This document shows, piece by piece, positions 36,416-50,345 of a stretch of 64,000 nt of DNA. A program made the position numbers and the translations under genes. The notes below the pieces were generated by a model that was not told the DNA's origin, did no database searches, and saw only the letters and a list, made by a program, of their open reading frames with translations. This DNA is from Phoronis australis. Its lineage: Eukaryota > Animalia > Phoronida. How positions within the stretch are numbered: position 1 is the first letter of the stretch; each line of letters begins with the position of its first letter. The stretch is taken from assembly GCA_002633005.1 (NCBI GenBank), contig NMRA01000596.1:63494-127493 (forward strand), written 5' to 3'.

Positions 36416-37536
36416 AATCAGGCTCACAATGCATTGGGGGTCTTAAGTACTTTAAGGGATCACCTCGAGTAGTTATGGAGAACTATCCAGCTGTTTTAGT
36501 CAGTTGAAAGGATGGCATCTCAAAGAAAACATTTCCAAACTGTTCATTTTATCTAACAGGCTGTAAAATTAATACAATGCCCGCAAATCGAAGGTACACG
36601 CAGTCAATCAAATGCATCCTATGCTTTTTACCATTAATGTACAGCAGGAGTCAGAACCAGTTCCGAGGAAATCACCAAATTGTGGTATAATAAGATATTG
36701 AGGTCTTTTATCTGAAGAAACTTGATCAATCAAATTTCGAAACGATTCATGAAGAGCACGGACCAATCTCTGTTTTAAATTGTCGTTCATGCTGAGCTAA
36801 TGATTGTAGTAGGCCCAGTAGTTATCAATTTTTATTTAATATTGCAATTATCCTAATTTAGAAAGCCGTTTAACTTATTTCCAATTTTAATCTCCAGTTT
36901 CACCAATCGAACTGCGTGTACCTTTTGTCCAGCTTATTAAAAATTTAGGGCGTGCATTGCTTCAAATTAGTAGGCCTACATGTACAATTAGGCAATCAAT
37001 TAATAAGTGATTTGCGTTCTGTACAGTAGGTGCAAGAAATTAAGTAAAGCTATTTAGTAAACGTGATTAACGTGTTATGTATGGCGACAAGTCGCAACGT
37101 CTTGCGAGATTTTGCCGCACTTTCCATATTTCTTGGGGCTACTGAAAGCAGTCGTTTCTTGGCTCCTTAAATTGCAGTGCGTGGAGAAGACAGCGTAGCA
37201 AATGTCTCAAATGCTCAAACGTTCCGCATAGCTAAATGAGCAGTTTTCGCAAAGACACGTCCATTCACTTCGCCTTTATTTTTCTCGTAAACGACTGCAG
37301 TTAGGTTGAACTGGACTTTTTCAAATGCGATATTCTGAAACCTGTCATGCATATGACTGTAATTGTCCACGAACGCTTCATCCAATGTGACGAGTCATCC
37401 TGGCACACGTAACACCTCCGAAGTTCTGGCTACCTGTCACTTTTTAAATTAAGAATTAAATTCTCCTGCAAAGAACAATCCGGAAATCTTACGGCTTGTG
37501 GTGAAGTTTTGGTGAAATTGGAAATGTTAATGTTAC

Positions 37537-37675
37537 CTGAAGTTTGATGCAGACGACAGTTTATACTCGATTGCAAAGGTCTGTGTGAATCCACCATTCC
37601 ATTGCGCGTTCCAAGTTATTGCTACGCTATTCGCTTTGATTTCAGTTACATTAAGCGTCGGTGGCGCCGGGGGAC
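37537..37675 (-). CDS. Paralogue B exon 2 (FN3 N-half)
   Basis: GPPAPPTLNVTEIKANSVAITWNAQWNGGFTQTFAIEYKLSSASNF; ttccacag acceptor, AG|gtaaca donor; 139 nt. Confidence 0.92.
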
Positions 37676-39150
37676 CTGTGGAAATTGAAAACAAACGAGT
37701 TTTACATACCCGAGGCCAGCCTAATGGAAGTTACTGTAGGTTTATTTCGGAGAATGGCTCAGAACTGGCAAGCAAACATTTAGACCCATGGGTAAACTTT
37801 GGTGAAAGGGGCAGAAAATAACATGCATAACATATGCAATAAAACCAAGATCCAAGTGAAGCAACACATACATGTACATGTACATGTATAAAATACACAG
37901 TTATCCTCGAAACACAAAAGGTCCAGTTTATATAACCGCTTGTATGCTACAAGGCACAACCAGGACAATCACCCCTGCCTGTACGTGAAATTTACGCGCA
38001 GTGAACATTTTTATTAGATATCAACCCACCTTCCGTCAAAAAAGAGCTTTTCATTAAGAGCGCTTACTTTTAGAAACCTTAACTCAGCCCTTGCTTAGAT
38101 TAGAGACGATTTCCGGGCTCAGAAACATACGACAATTCCCTACTGTGAGGGATTAACTTCCATAATTTGGCGTGCCATGACCTAACATACAAGTATCATG
38201 CGGAAAGCTTGATGTCAGGCACCGAGTCCAACGAATTGTTAGTTTTTTCCTGCGACACAAATCTTTTCTCGCTGAAAAAAGCAACAAGTTGAAACCGATT
38301 TTATTGTTGAAAGTGACCAACAAGTACTTTGACAGCCGAAGGTACATTTAACGTAGATGACCGCTTGAAACAAAAGAGCTTATTGGGAAACGCCTGATTT
38401 GGAATATATGCAAGTAGACTCAATACTAGCATGATGCTCATTTCATAAATCAGTGGCCCGTTGCCTGACAGAGTACGAAGTAAGACAATAACTATGTTTC
38501 TTTACATTTCACCGGATTTATGGACAAACATTAATTATTCTCTTTGATATTCTTTTATTACGCTCATTCGCAAGTTTTGGATTCGATACGCATTCTTAGT
38601 GAAAACAAATAGGGATCTTTTAAGGCAACGCTTACAATTTAACGGCTACCATGAATCTCTACATGTACTTATTTCCATTCAAATTATGTCTCAATGTTAT
38701 ATACATTAGTATTGAGAAAATCTCGTTTGTCAAAGACGAGTTCATTATTAAGTTAAAACAATAGAAAGTTATAACAATTGTGAGAACAAAGGCATAAGTG
38801 TGCAAACGAATTATGTAACTTGGTTGAGTCTTTAGTGGGGACTGCTTCATGCAACCGGGCACACGGTCTGGATTTAATTTCCTAACTCAGACTCGACTCA
38901 GCCACCGACTCAAAGTCGTATCATTCGAAAACAAATTACTACATGTAAGTTTTGTCGAAGAGTGCGATGCAACGAATTAACGTTAGAGTTGAGTTTCGAG
39001 TACAAGGATCAAACTCTAATCCTCGCATTTGTTGTTAGTGATGTTTATACAGCAGTGGGCTACTGTACACTGAACTAACCATTTCACCATCGAAAAAATA
39101 AAAGTTCAAAACACATCTTTTATTTCCTCATTAAAAGGGTTTGGCCTCAC

Positions 39151-39481
39151 CAAAATCCATATTGATCCACTTCCACGTAGCATCGTCCTCTAAAATAATG
39201 GTCGTCTCGTTGTCACGCACGTGCAGGTCGTTGAGTTCACAAATGTTAGTACTCCGGTGAAAATTAACCGACGAACAACGTCCCGTGGCACGATACTCCT
39301 TGATACACAGATGTATGCAATGTGTGCTCTTTCTGCTCTTAAAAACTTTATCGAGAAACGCTGCGTTAGTTAACCTCTTTCCGTCTTTAATTCCTGTGCT
39401 CTTGTAAAAAGTTGCTGAAGCTTCGAACGTCAAGGCAATGCCAAAAAAATATATTGAAAACACTGACAATTGTAAATGCAT
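39151..39481 (-). CDS. Paralogue B exon 1 (signal peptide + PAN/Apple)
   Basis: MHLQLSVFSIYFFGIALTFEASA..HCIHLC..CSSVNF..CELN; G|gtgagg donor; 331 nt. Confidence 0.92.
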
Positions 39482-39779
39482 GATGTTCCTTCAGTGTAGC
39501 TGAAGCCGAATGACCTTTTCTGCAACCGATACCCCGGCGTCAGATCGATAATCGTTGAGACATCTCGTTCTAAACGACAATTGAAAACGCGCGCGGATGT
39601 TTAATTTGACGTCAGTGCCCCTTTGGAGAAATCATACTTATGACTGTTGAGCTCCCGTTAGAGAATGATAATGAAAGGCGTAATATTTGGATTCCTATAT
39701 ATTATTTTTCAATTACAAATAACTCGCTGGCTTTGTAAAAAAATCCGATTTAATTTTTTGATGTAGTTAGAAATAAGAG

Positions 39780-39990
39780 ATCCGAGTAACAGAGTTTCCT
39801 ACATCATAGCCAAAAGAAGAGTTTTTGTTCCCCGGCAAAATACCAGGTTTCATCCAAAATTCTTTAGTCGAATAACAGTCATAAAAATTTGTTCCAAAGT
39901 TTCTATTCCAAGGTGACAAAAATAACACAAATCAGAATCGATAATTGTTATTTGATTAAGAAATGTGTTAGTCGCTAATACTCTAGTGTT
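39780..39990 (-). mobile_element. Short 3' fragment of a Tx1/L1-type LINE (zinc-binding C-terminus)
   Basis: RVLATNTFL..IIDSDLCYFCHLGIETLEQIF resembles the zf-RVT motif. Confidence 0.7.
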
Positions 39991-42900
39991 TCCGGAGTGC
40001 CACTGGTCATTCGGAAAACATCGATTTTTTTCGTAGCTGGAGATTGATGTTATCTGCAAACGTGTGAACTCCAGTCACATGGCCAAACATTCCCCAATTT
40101 GGAATTCACATGACTTGCTGTATAACTGATATCCGCACACACTTGGAGATAACGTTCACTCGCAGGGCTAAAAGCTACCCAAGGCCTGTCCCCGGTCTAG
40201 AAATGAATACGAAATGAGAGAATTGATGTCGAACAAAGAATTGCAAACGAATATGAAATGCAGTGGATCAGCCAGGATGGAAAATCAAACACTTCTGTCC
40301 TAGGCGACAAGTATACTGTACCTCGTGTTTTAGAACAGGTACAACTACACTTCACTGATCATAAATATTGAAAGCAGTCGTTTTGTAAGTAATTCCGTGC
40401 AATATTTATGGAACAGAACACGTACATTTCATTTTTGCTTTGATCATTGTAATGCGTTGAAGTGGTTCCCAAGAGGAGTCGCTGAGCTCTTCAGCATGCA
40501 AATGTACCACTCATTGTTTTCTATCTCCTACTGATTATGCAATTTAGCATTGTAATTCAGACACATTTGCATTATTGCATTTTGATTGGCAAAGCTAACA
40601 TAAGCAGATTGTCAGGAGATCAAACATAAGTCGGTCGTCGAGTTTCTTGTTAATAAACTCAGGGATGTCTCACGTTTTTGACTAGCAAGTCAGTCACGAG
40701 ATGTATTTCTTCCTTGTAGTTCACGACGGATCTAATGACTTAGAGGGCTAGAGGTGCCTCCTCAGGCTGGAACTGTGGCAGAAGGAAAACTAAATGACAT
40801 CTGGGGATATGCCGAAAAGTAAATCCAAGGGTCAACTAAATGGACGTACTGTTACAAGTAACGTGCTGACAAACAAACTCGCGTATTTTGGAAAGTTAAG
40901 AAACGACTATAAACTCGTATTTCACCAAAATTTGTTAATTTAGTTGTAGTTAAAATAGTCTCAGCTTGTTATTTACAGAGACGGAGAGCGTTTGTTGGTC
41001 TTGCAGAGAACTGTCTGTTCGTAAGTACTTGAAACCAGGCTCTAGTACACGCTGCCATTTTGTTCGCCGTGCATCAAGAAATAAAACCTCTTTATTTCTC
41101 AGAGCTACAGTATGCCAGTGGCATAAAATTATACACCGTGACAAGCCAATAGTCTGTAAGTTCTTTTCAAACCCAGAAATAAATATGTTTTGACTAAGAA
41201 ACAATGGGAGAATCACAAATTTTATTTTGCCGCAAGATTGCTGGAAGCGTGTGTTTCTCCGATTGAAACATCCTCACCTATATTTGATGTGGACTGACCC
41301 GGACTGCATGCGCTGTTTTTTTTTTCTCAAATGGCAGGTCTTTAGGTTAGATAATTTCATGGTGATAAGTGGTCTAAATCAAATAACGGATTTGTGAAGG
41401 ACGATTCATAGCTATGGTAGTGTCCTCCTAGTATAATCAAAATATTTGTACCCATTTCTGGGATTTTGTTAAGCAAAAGTGCCGGCTAAACGATCTTATG
41501 GGCCCTCGACACGCCGGCACATTAAGAACCAGTTCAAGATGAATGCGCAGTAAAATAGATCATATGACGTGTGTTGAAACATGGGTAGTGATTTAGTCGA
41601 GATGTGATTCGAGTGAAGTATTTTCACGAGACCGAAAACCTTTTCATACCACACATTTTGGCATTTTTCATCGTATATTTTTGCCCGGTCTCGGTTTTTT
41701 CAGCACATAAATTACCTACAGATCGAAGGAAAACAACAGCTAAGAATCGTTCGATGATCTTTAATGTCTCAAGCTTCAAACTAAAAGATAAAGATAAGAA
41801 CAAGGTATGCACGCTTTTATTATTCACCGAACTGTTTTGGACAACTGGGATTACAACGAATTCAGCTGTAAACAGGTCAACGCTAACACAAGCCATTTTG
41901 ACTCAGTCGGACGGCGGAGAGTGAGCAGACGATATTGATGAAATTGCAGAAAAGCGATTTTTGCATCACTATTTTTCTGGAAATTCATGTCGCTGTTTTA
42001 TATTGATTGATTTAATTCTTGTTTGTATCCAAAGTGGAAAACGAGTATTGTCGCCTTCCCATAGATCGAGTTCGCCGAACGAGTGACCAAGATTTCACTA
42101 GGTGATTTAGTATATCAAAAACCTTTATCGGATCATTCTTGCTTCACATAGTTGTTTTACTCAATGTTTTGATTATTACGGTGAACTTCACATTGTGAAG
42201 TATGATTACCCATTGGCGGGGTGAACTTTATCTTTCGGTTAAAGAAACACGATATTACGTCACACGAATTTCTGTCTTAATTTTTTCCGCTAACAAATTC
42301 AGTTGTTTATATTGCCAAAGTCCGTTTATATAAGGTTTTAACCCCAAAAAGATATTTCTCCTTTGTCTGTTAAGTGAGGTTCCTTGGCCCTCAGGTCTTG
42401 AATGGAAGAGAAGTGAACACCTCTCGCGCCCATTCGCAATAACAATATGTGGATAATTCGATGAATTAGTAGGTATGTGTAGTGTTTCCGTTAACAAAAG
42501 TCGTGTACTATTTGTGGTTTGTCCGTCAATAACTACAATTCTGTACATTAATATCAAGCGTGTAGAAAGCGATCGTTCATAGCCGTTATGTGTAGTTTTT
42601 GGTGCACACGCTAATCCTATCGCGCAGACCAGGCTTGAGTGACACTGGGCCCGCCTGTATTTTTTATGAATTGGTAGCCTTACTGTGTATACATTACAAT
42701 AAATAAGGCGTGATAAGACATCTAGATTAATTATCGATATTTCCCGACAAACATTCAGCAGTCATTGATCCGCGTGTCTATATTTATCATCGTTATCGAT
42801 TACACTGTTAACGAAAAAATCAAAACGAAATTATGTTGATGTACTCTCATTGATTACCTATTACAGAACATGCTTGATTTGAAAACAAAGGCGCTAAATA

Positions 42901-43547
42901 ATACCTTGAATGGCCTTGTTCTAAAGTTCGGATAGCCACTTTCAGAGCAGTGTGCATTGTCCTTACAAAGAGGCACTGATCCAGAAAATGGATTATAATA
43001 CGTACATGTATACATAATTATTCAGCAGTATTCGTGACCACTAAGTGTACATTGTACGTTTAATCTCAGAACGAACACTGGTCTCAAACTCCGACTTGAA
43101 CATCACTCTATCGCTCCGCCGGGATCATTCCAGTACAAATTCGTAGCTTTAACTCGAACTGTGGCATGCAATAGACATGTTCTAGCGACGTGGGGAATAC
43201 CACTTGTCGCCACATGGCGACAGCGTAGTTGGTGGAGTGAGCGTTCTGCATTTTATGTTAAATAGATGATATTTCACACCATTAATTGCGACCATCACCC
43301 CGTCAACTTGTCACTGTTCTGCCGTTGTCTAAACACATTCACATAAAAATATCCAAGGTCTCGAAATGCTTGCGAAGGAAAGTGATTAGGCGGCCCTAAG
43401 GAAGTACATGTAGTGATCAGTTCAAACTGGGTTTTGCCTTGCAGTGCACTCACCACTGGAATAGTAGACTTTTCACATGGGCGCGACTCAGATTTGGTGG
43501 ACAGAAATTCAATTATTACGTCGTGGTTCGTTAATCTATAAACAGAT

Positions 43548-43808
43548 CATGCTCGCACACAACCTGAAAAATAGGGTGCTCGAATTTTTGAGAATGTGGA
43601 CATTTTACTAAGATTCAAGGGATACATTCAGAACTATGAATTGTGCATTCACCGTATTTTGGTATTTTCTGCCTTTTAGTAGAATTTTGTCTGTTTTCTA
43701 CTTTTTTCGGAATTTTTATTTCACTGAGCCGGATCTTTTTCCCCACTTCGGCAAATGAGCGGGCTCGTTCGAGACCCCGAGCACTCCATCCGCGTGGGTG
43801 CGCGCTTG
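43548..43808. mobile_element. Small TIR element (hAT-like MITE) inserted in the 3' flank of copy C
   Basis: Absent from the homologous B flank (~25607). Imperfect TIRs CATGCTCGCACAC and GGGTGCGCGCTTG; no clean TSD. Confidence 0.55.
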
Positions 43809-44179
43809 CAGAGGAGCTGATCCAACTGATGGCATCAGTGTCAACCCCTCTCAGTGTTTAAGTAGCTTAAGCTCTTAAGTTATTTTAGCATTTGAAATCG
43901 GCTGGGATCGAAATTCTGCCGCTTTTTCAGTCGCAGCACCTACCCAGGAACTTCGCAGGGCGCGGAGTCTTCTTCGCAATGCGAACATGGTGTCCTTCAT
44001 CTGTGGATATTCCAAGAGGAATGTTTTTTCCATAAGCCACTTGTACACTCCATCGCTTAGCAATGAAACTTTTTCGGCATTATGACAAGAGCAACGCGGA
44101 GCGTTGAAATGCGCCCACGAAGACACCCCAAACAGTGTGCTTCTAGGGGTCCGAGGGGTGTTTATATTTTTTATCACAT

Positions 44180-44600
44180 AAATGGCCACTAGATGGCGCA
44201 AAATATTTTGAATCCATCCGAAAACGGGAACTTGTCATGACTTCATTAATAGAAAACTATTTATCAAATATGATAAAAATCCGTCAAGGAATTTCAAAGA
44301 AACAGAAGAAACGGAAAAAGGGGGCTATAGGCACAAAAAACATAACTCCCACTAGCAGGCGCCACAGTAGTCCAAGTCGTTGGAAAATCATCGTCAACCG
44401 TCCTCTTCACACTAAAAACATATATGCCAATTTTCACAATCATACTTAGAGTGACTTGGTTGATAGAGGGGCAGACAGTAAAAATGTCCACTAGATGTCA
44501 CAAAATACGTCAAATCATCCGAAAACAGGAACATGTCATCGATTCAATAGAAAGTTTTTTACAAAATTTCGTAAAAATCCGGAGCTTAAGTTAGAGAAAA
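44180..44600. repeat. Degenerate ~300-bp-period repeat containing CCACTAGATGKCRC motifs
   Basis: 44180-44290 resembles 44482-44590 (CCACTAGATG..CAAAATA..ATCCGAAAAC.GGAAC.TGTCAT..AATAGAAA..AAAAATCCG). Confidence 0.7.
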
Positions 44601-45521
44601 AAGAGGAAAATGGAAAATATTAATTGCCACCTTCTCGATTTCAATTCGTGAGTGTGGATGGCCAAAGGTGCAGAAAAAAGCGCCATTCATGTCATAATGT
44701 GAGGAAGAAAAACATCTGTTTCTTTAACCAAAATTGTAGAGGGATCAAATGCTGGAGGGTATATTTAACCACACAGCAAAAATGAAGGTCCCATCAACAT
44801 GGTAACGGGATGAAAACCCTAGAGCAAGAGCCCATGCCCTATATAACAAACTCAGTGGTGTTAATTCGCAGTAGATACCCAACACCTTGTTAACCGTTAT
44901 AGGGACTATATGTCCAACAGACAAGTGCATTTTATGTTTGTCGTCGTGTTATGGTGATAATAGTATATTTGGAGCCGAGTTGTTCACTTCAACAAACTGA
45001 GTGTACAGAATGACAACAACAAAATAACAAACGGCGTCATACATTATTCGTTAGTCCATGTCCAATGCAGAAGTTGATTACAACAGGTTAATTAACGTAG
45101 TAAGTTTTCACGTGAGCAGGTGAATGAAATAGAAATCTCACTGTATTTTGGATTGTGCGACATCTACTTCGTCTTTCTGGCAGCGAGAAACGAGGCTAGA
45201 CACTCACGAGTCACTTGCGCTAAGGAATCTTCCACTATGAAACGGAAACACAAAATTCAATGTACATGTACTATCCTGGACGAGCAATCATTTCAAAGGC
45301 AGTCATTTTGTTATTGTACACTAGCAAAGTCCAGACGCACTCGCGAAAATCTTGCGTTTTGCTCGAGTGATTTTACGTGGTCTTCCGTGGTCCCCCACCT
45401 CGTCAAGAACTAAATGCGATAGGGGAAAGAGTACAATGTAGATTGAGTTATCAGTTATTATGTTCTCCTCTCCATGTTTTATTGTTTACTTTCAGATCCA
45501 TCACCCAATGGATTTTGAAGC

Positions 45522-45527
45522 TTTATT
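45522..45527 (-). terminator. Candidate poly(A) signal of paralogue C
   Basis: AATAAA (minus strand) just downstream of the stop codon; conserved with copy B. Confidence 0.6.
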
Positions 45528-45554
45528 GCAGTTGTCACACTGAGACGTGTCCGT

Positions 45555-45718
45555 TTAGTTCGTACATATGAGTGGACCCAGAGTTATTTTTGTGATTTCG
45601 TGTGATGCATTGATGTCCCCCTGATAAAATTTGATGAGCGGGAGATCATCTTTTGATACAATGTAGCCTTGGTCGACCAGCCATTCCGAAACATTGGCGT
45701 CACAGTTGCAATCCTTAC
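45555..45718 (-). CDS. Paralogue C exon 6
   Basis: GKDCNCDANVSEW..LGPLICTN*; tttctttcag acceptor; 164 nt. Confidence 0.92.
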
Positions 45719-46537
45719 CTGAAAGAAAGCGATACAAATTAGAAGAGGCTATAACAATATCAAAAATCGAAACCTTTGACAAACAGCAAAGTCGTATTCC
45801 AGCAGTCCGTTCATTTATATGTAGTGTGTTCATTCATGGCATAGTATCAGAAAGACGTGACTGTTTAAAGACACTCCAGGTTTCGTTTGTTTGCGCGCAA
45901 TTCTTCTCAGTTCATGAAAAACGACGGCCATTTTTGTGCAGTTAGAGAAATTTAAATAATCTAGGGCATTTATGATGAAAAATAAGTGTCTTACATAAAG
46001 AACGTCATTCGGCAATGATTGCGTTTTCACTAAATTGACTTTTGAACCGTTGTTTTATGAATTTTAAGACTAAAATCAAGCAGGCAGACTATCTTTATGA
46101 AACATTGCCTTCAATTTTCCAACGCTGTGTCTAAGGCTCTACGAAAGAATGTCTCCAATTTAAGGAAAACAATATAGTTTCCCCAGTAAAACAGTAAGCC
46201 ATAGAGTAGTGGACTAAAGAATAAAGACATCGAACCATGTTAGCAACGATATTAAGCGTGTCCCACGAGTTATTTGTAAGAATTTCTTGCTAGCACACGA
46301 AAGGAAACAATAGTGGCAGTTGAAACGCGACTTTCTAAAGAAAATCTACATAAACACATCTTAACATCGTTACGTTGGGATACGAAAGGGCAGTTTTAAT
46401 GACATTTAAGAGTTTAAACACAGCTTACATTATTCATCTTTATTCTAAAACATTTCCTTTTGCGCAAAAAATGAAGTTTCGAATCTTGTAGCAGTTTGCT
46501 AACCCTGGCGAATGCTGGACTCCAAACTTCAACCTAC

Positions 46538-46814
46538 CGCTTCTGCACGAGTTGTTCTTGTTGCAATGACACCCCACGGTTGCGGCGTCCGCCCAATACT
46601 TCCGCTTCACGTTACTTCGACCATACCACCAGGAGAAGTACTTATCAACCGAGTTTTTCAACCCAAAGGAGGCGTGACAGTCTCTCTTCAAATGCTGCTT
46701 GCACTCGGTTGAAGCTTCCATCACTGCGCCTATCTGATCCATGGTTGGACCATACGTAACTTGGAACACTAATTTGGCATCTTGGGTACCTAACTTGAAC
46801 GTCATCTGTGTCTC
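46538..46814 (-). CDS. Paralogue C exon 5
   Basis: ETQMTFKLG..CKQHLKRDCHAS..SWWYGRS..CHCNKNNSCRS; 277 nt; G|gtaggt donor. Confidence 0.92.
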
Positions 46815-48828
46815 CTGGAATAGAAATTATCGCAGCGCTTTACACATTTTTAAAGCATCCAACCAGTTTCTTACACGGTGCTTAAATCAAAGACAGAAAC
46901 GGCGAAGTCGAACTTGGTATTTAGCAGTGGCGAATATTCTGCTTGCTCCGTCTATGGAGTAATTTCACACAATTAGGATTGCTATTCAACTGTGTACAAA
47001 TTGATCTGGCTCAGTGCTGAGGGAGCCTACACAGACAATCTTGGTTGGTCATAATTTATCTTGAAAGTTCTTTACATGAAACCATTTCAATTTTTCCATG
47101 AAATCACATGAGCTACCTGGTTAAGTGGCATGACGCCGACATCCCGTTGCACCCAACTTGTTCGATTGTATACCCCAACAACAGGTTGGGAAGTTTACCC
47201 CCCCCCCCCCCGTAGCCAATTAACTCCATTCTGGTGTTGATGGTTGGAGGGCCTGCGCTCTTTTGTTTGATAATTGCTCTAATCTCCGATCAGATCGTAT
47301 CTAGCCTGACTGGGGTGGGCTAATAAAACTGAAAGTTAAGTTAAGCCAGATATTATCGCACGTTCAGCACCCCTCACGTCTGGAAAAGTTACTGAACGAC
47401 AGGACGCTGTAGTGGTGCTTTGCCCGAGTACGCGACTAGTAGTCAGATTCAAAATACGCAGAACTGCATGATGAAACTACATGTATAGTTTGATCTCACT
47501 TTTACTGGAACGTCAGAGCCAGTTAACCCCGCGTCATGTGACCTATCGGTCAGGATATAATGTTTGCGACCTTTAGGCCAGGATAACGAATGTTTCAGAT
47601 TTTTTTAATTCGCACACGTAATAACCGAGCGACAGTTCCTTGCCAAATGCTGTAGAAATTTCGCCACGGGGCTGAAATTTAGAGCCACGCGGTATTTCGA
47701 TCACGCGACTATTCGAAGACCGATTAGTGTGAACGAAATCTTTGAAAACGCAATCAAAATGTTGCAATATTCGATTAGACATGATTTAAAGATCCACGGA
47801 AAGTGACGAGGGTTCTTGGTCTAATACTTTGCAACAAATAAAAAAAATTAGGCATTTTCCGTCCTCTTTCAATGCGGACACAATTTAATTATTTCATGTT
47901 TCGTGCTCTAACACACTGTACATTACGAATTTCGCGTCTGTTGTTCTATGCTCGAACCCATAATGGCTTACGTGAATAACTGTTTGTACTTGATGACTCT
48001 GACATTAAGGTTAAAAATTGGAATCAGAACTCGAAATTCCGACTTTTACTCGAAATCCCAAAATTTTGTTCGACCTTGTAGATCTCATCTGGGTGTCATC
48101 AAGTGCGAACTTGGACTGGAAAATGCATAAGTCACAATGTACTCGAGCACATAATAGACATTCATCTTGAATTAGGACTAAACTAGAATAGAAAATGAAA
48201 ATGTCAAAAATAATTTAGAGTTCGATTTCAAGTACAAAGACTTGACTCCTGGCCCAGGTGTCTTGTGAAGTGGCTTCGCGTAGCAACGAGATGATTTAAA
48301 GTCGCCATGCATTAGCGGTATACTGATACATGTAGCAAACGTGACCTAGTCTCTCAAAAATGTTTACACTCGCGACGTGGTGTGAGCCGTTCCGACGGGA
48401 TTAAACCATCCGGGGGATAATACTGAACTGATTTGAGCTCTCTCAAACATGCAAAGTGAACTCAACTGAAGGTTTAAATTGATTATATTCGTGTTGCATG
48501 AATCTCACCCACTTCATTAGTACCATTAGCAATTTTCAACTCTTCTTTTGCCGTGTCAAATATTGTTTGACACTAGACACTGACAGGTTTTCTTCTCAAT
48601 GAGTAAAAGACGCGGACGACGATGCGACAAAATCAAAACAGGTCACATACCATACCTCGTCGGCTCGCTAAATGTCACGAGTGTATAAAGTTATTGGGCG
48701 ACTATGACACGTTGGCGATAACTGATATCAGTTGGCCGTGACACTGTATAAATCAAAAGCTTGCGCTCTTTATACTGAATTAGATAACTCCAGAATAACG
48801 GGGTAGTGTTTGATGACATGAGTCGAAC

Positions 48829-48983
48829 CTTGTTGTGATGAAACACCGCACTAGGTGGTGACGTCGACATATCGCAATGAACAAGAAAGGGGTCAAGACC
48901 ACTGTTGTTGTCGTCTGGGTCGATTAGGTAGTCATCGCTGTTAGTGAAGCCGCCATTTTTATATCCGGAGCAAGATGGCGCGT
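48829..48983 (-). CDS. Paralogue C exon 4
   Basis: (Y)APSCSGYKNGG..YLIDPDD..LDPFLVHCDM..FHHNK; 155 nt. Confidence 0.92.
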
Positions 48984-50181
48984 CTGCAATTAAAGTAACA
49001 GTGTGTTTCAAAGCGATATCAAAAATTCCAAATGCAACTTTGTAGTATTGTGAGAGCAAACACGCATCTCTGGCTTGGTGCGCAAGGGGAGACCAAATAA
49101 CAGGGACGATAGCAGTGGCCATTTGACAGCATGATGGTCCAAAAGAATTCATAAAAATGCTGGAAATATCGCATTACATTAAAGCCGCATAACAATGCAG
49201 AGCAACAAACCTTTCGCTATCTGGCGACAGGAAGTATTTCATCATGTCGCTATTCCAGCAGTTGTTTTCTGTAGTATAACATGAACACTGTTAAAGCAGC
49301 ATATTAGGCCGGCGTACGTATGTCAAAAACCGGTTGCAAGTTTGGAATGAGGCCGCTTGTCTTTGTTAAATCCGTCTCAAATTGTTCCCACGTCAAAGTA
49401 CGCGTAATTTCTTTTTTTAATTATTTAGATGTTAAATCTTAATTTTTTTACTAAAAGTCGAACTTCCTTGGTGCCGAGAAACCGGTGTTGTACTCTTGTT
49501 ATGCAAGGCGGCAAGGACCTTAACAGGGATCAGTTGAAGAACGCCTTCCTTCCAATGTTTTTTAGACTGAGATGGCTATCCCTTCAGAAACGATTTCAGT
49601 ATCACACACTTCTATGTGTCCGCACTGGAGATGCACGTGAACCTCGAGAAATGCGTTATCCGCTGCCCTGGTAACCGAACTGCTAACTGTGCCAGAAACG
49701 TCGGGTACTAAGGAGCCGCATTGTAAAATTTATTACCAATGGATTTAAGTACTCCTGTGACGTTGCATCGATTTAAAAACAAATCTGATATTTATTCAGC
49801 AATGAAGAGCGCGTGAGTTTATTGCTCTCTGTTAAAGCAGTTTTGTGATATAAGATTAATGTCGATGCTTCTTTCTCAACCTGTTTTGAATTGTAAATAC
49901 ATATAGTGAATGGATCAGTGCCATGTGTAAAATGGAAAATATCAATCACCAAAAAGTGCTTACAGTTATTATACCAAGAAAGCGTGTATCACAAATTCGA
50001 GTAATCAGATAGCATTTATCCAAAATCAACAATTACATGTAGCTTTCAGAGTAGACCATCTCTGTGCGGCACGTGGATTCTGCATTTAGAGTGTTCAAAT
50101 CTCAGCAATCTCTGCTCGTTATCCGTAAAAGGTAAAGCGAAACGTCAATGAAATTATATTGCAATAGGGTCAAAGTCTTAC

Positions 50182-50345
50182 AGTGAGTGGTAAACGTTGC
50201 TTCAGTAACGGCTGTGTTCACTCCAAAAGGTCTAGCGTTCGTTGCAGTGATCCTTATAACGTATTCAGTAAACGGAAGTAGTTGATCAATGGTGTAATCA
50301 ACTGACACTCCTCGCCCATGGTCATAGACACCGTTTGCGAATGAG
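50182..50345 (-). CDS. Paralogue C exon 3 (FN3 C-half)
   Basis: SFANGVYDHG..LLPFTEYVIRITATN; ttttacag acceptor; 164 nt. Confidence 0.92.

Larger units (their letters stand above)
26511..39481 (-). other. Gene span, paralogue B: secreted PAN-FN3-Caspr-type fibrinogen/COLFI-like protein, 408 aa
   Basis: join(39481-39151, 37675-37537, 32766-32603, 32056-31902, 29140-28867, 26674-26511) = 1227 nt; GT-AG junctions, open frame. Confidence 0.92.

Noticed and set aside
37585-37821. Plus-strand ORF conserved with 52126-52392 (MNPPFHCAFQ...)
   Set aside because: The similarity is explained by overlap with minus-strand FN3 exon 2 and adjacent duplicated intron; the frames diverge afterwards.
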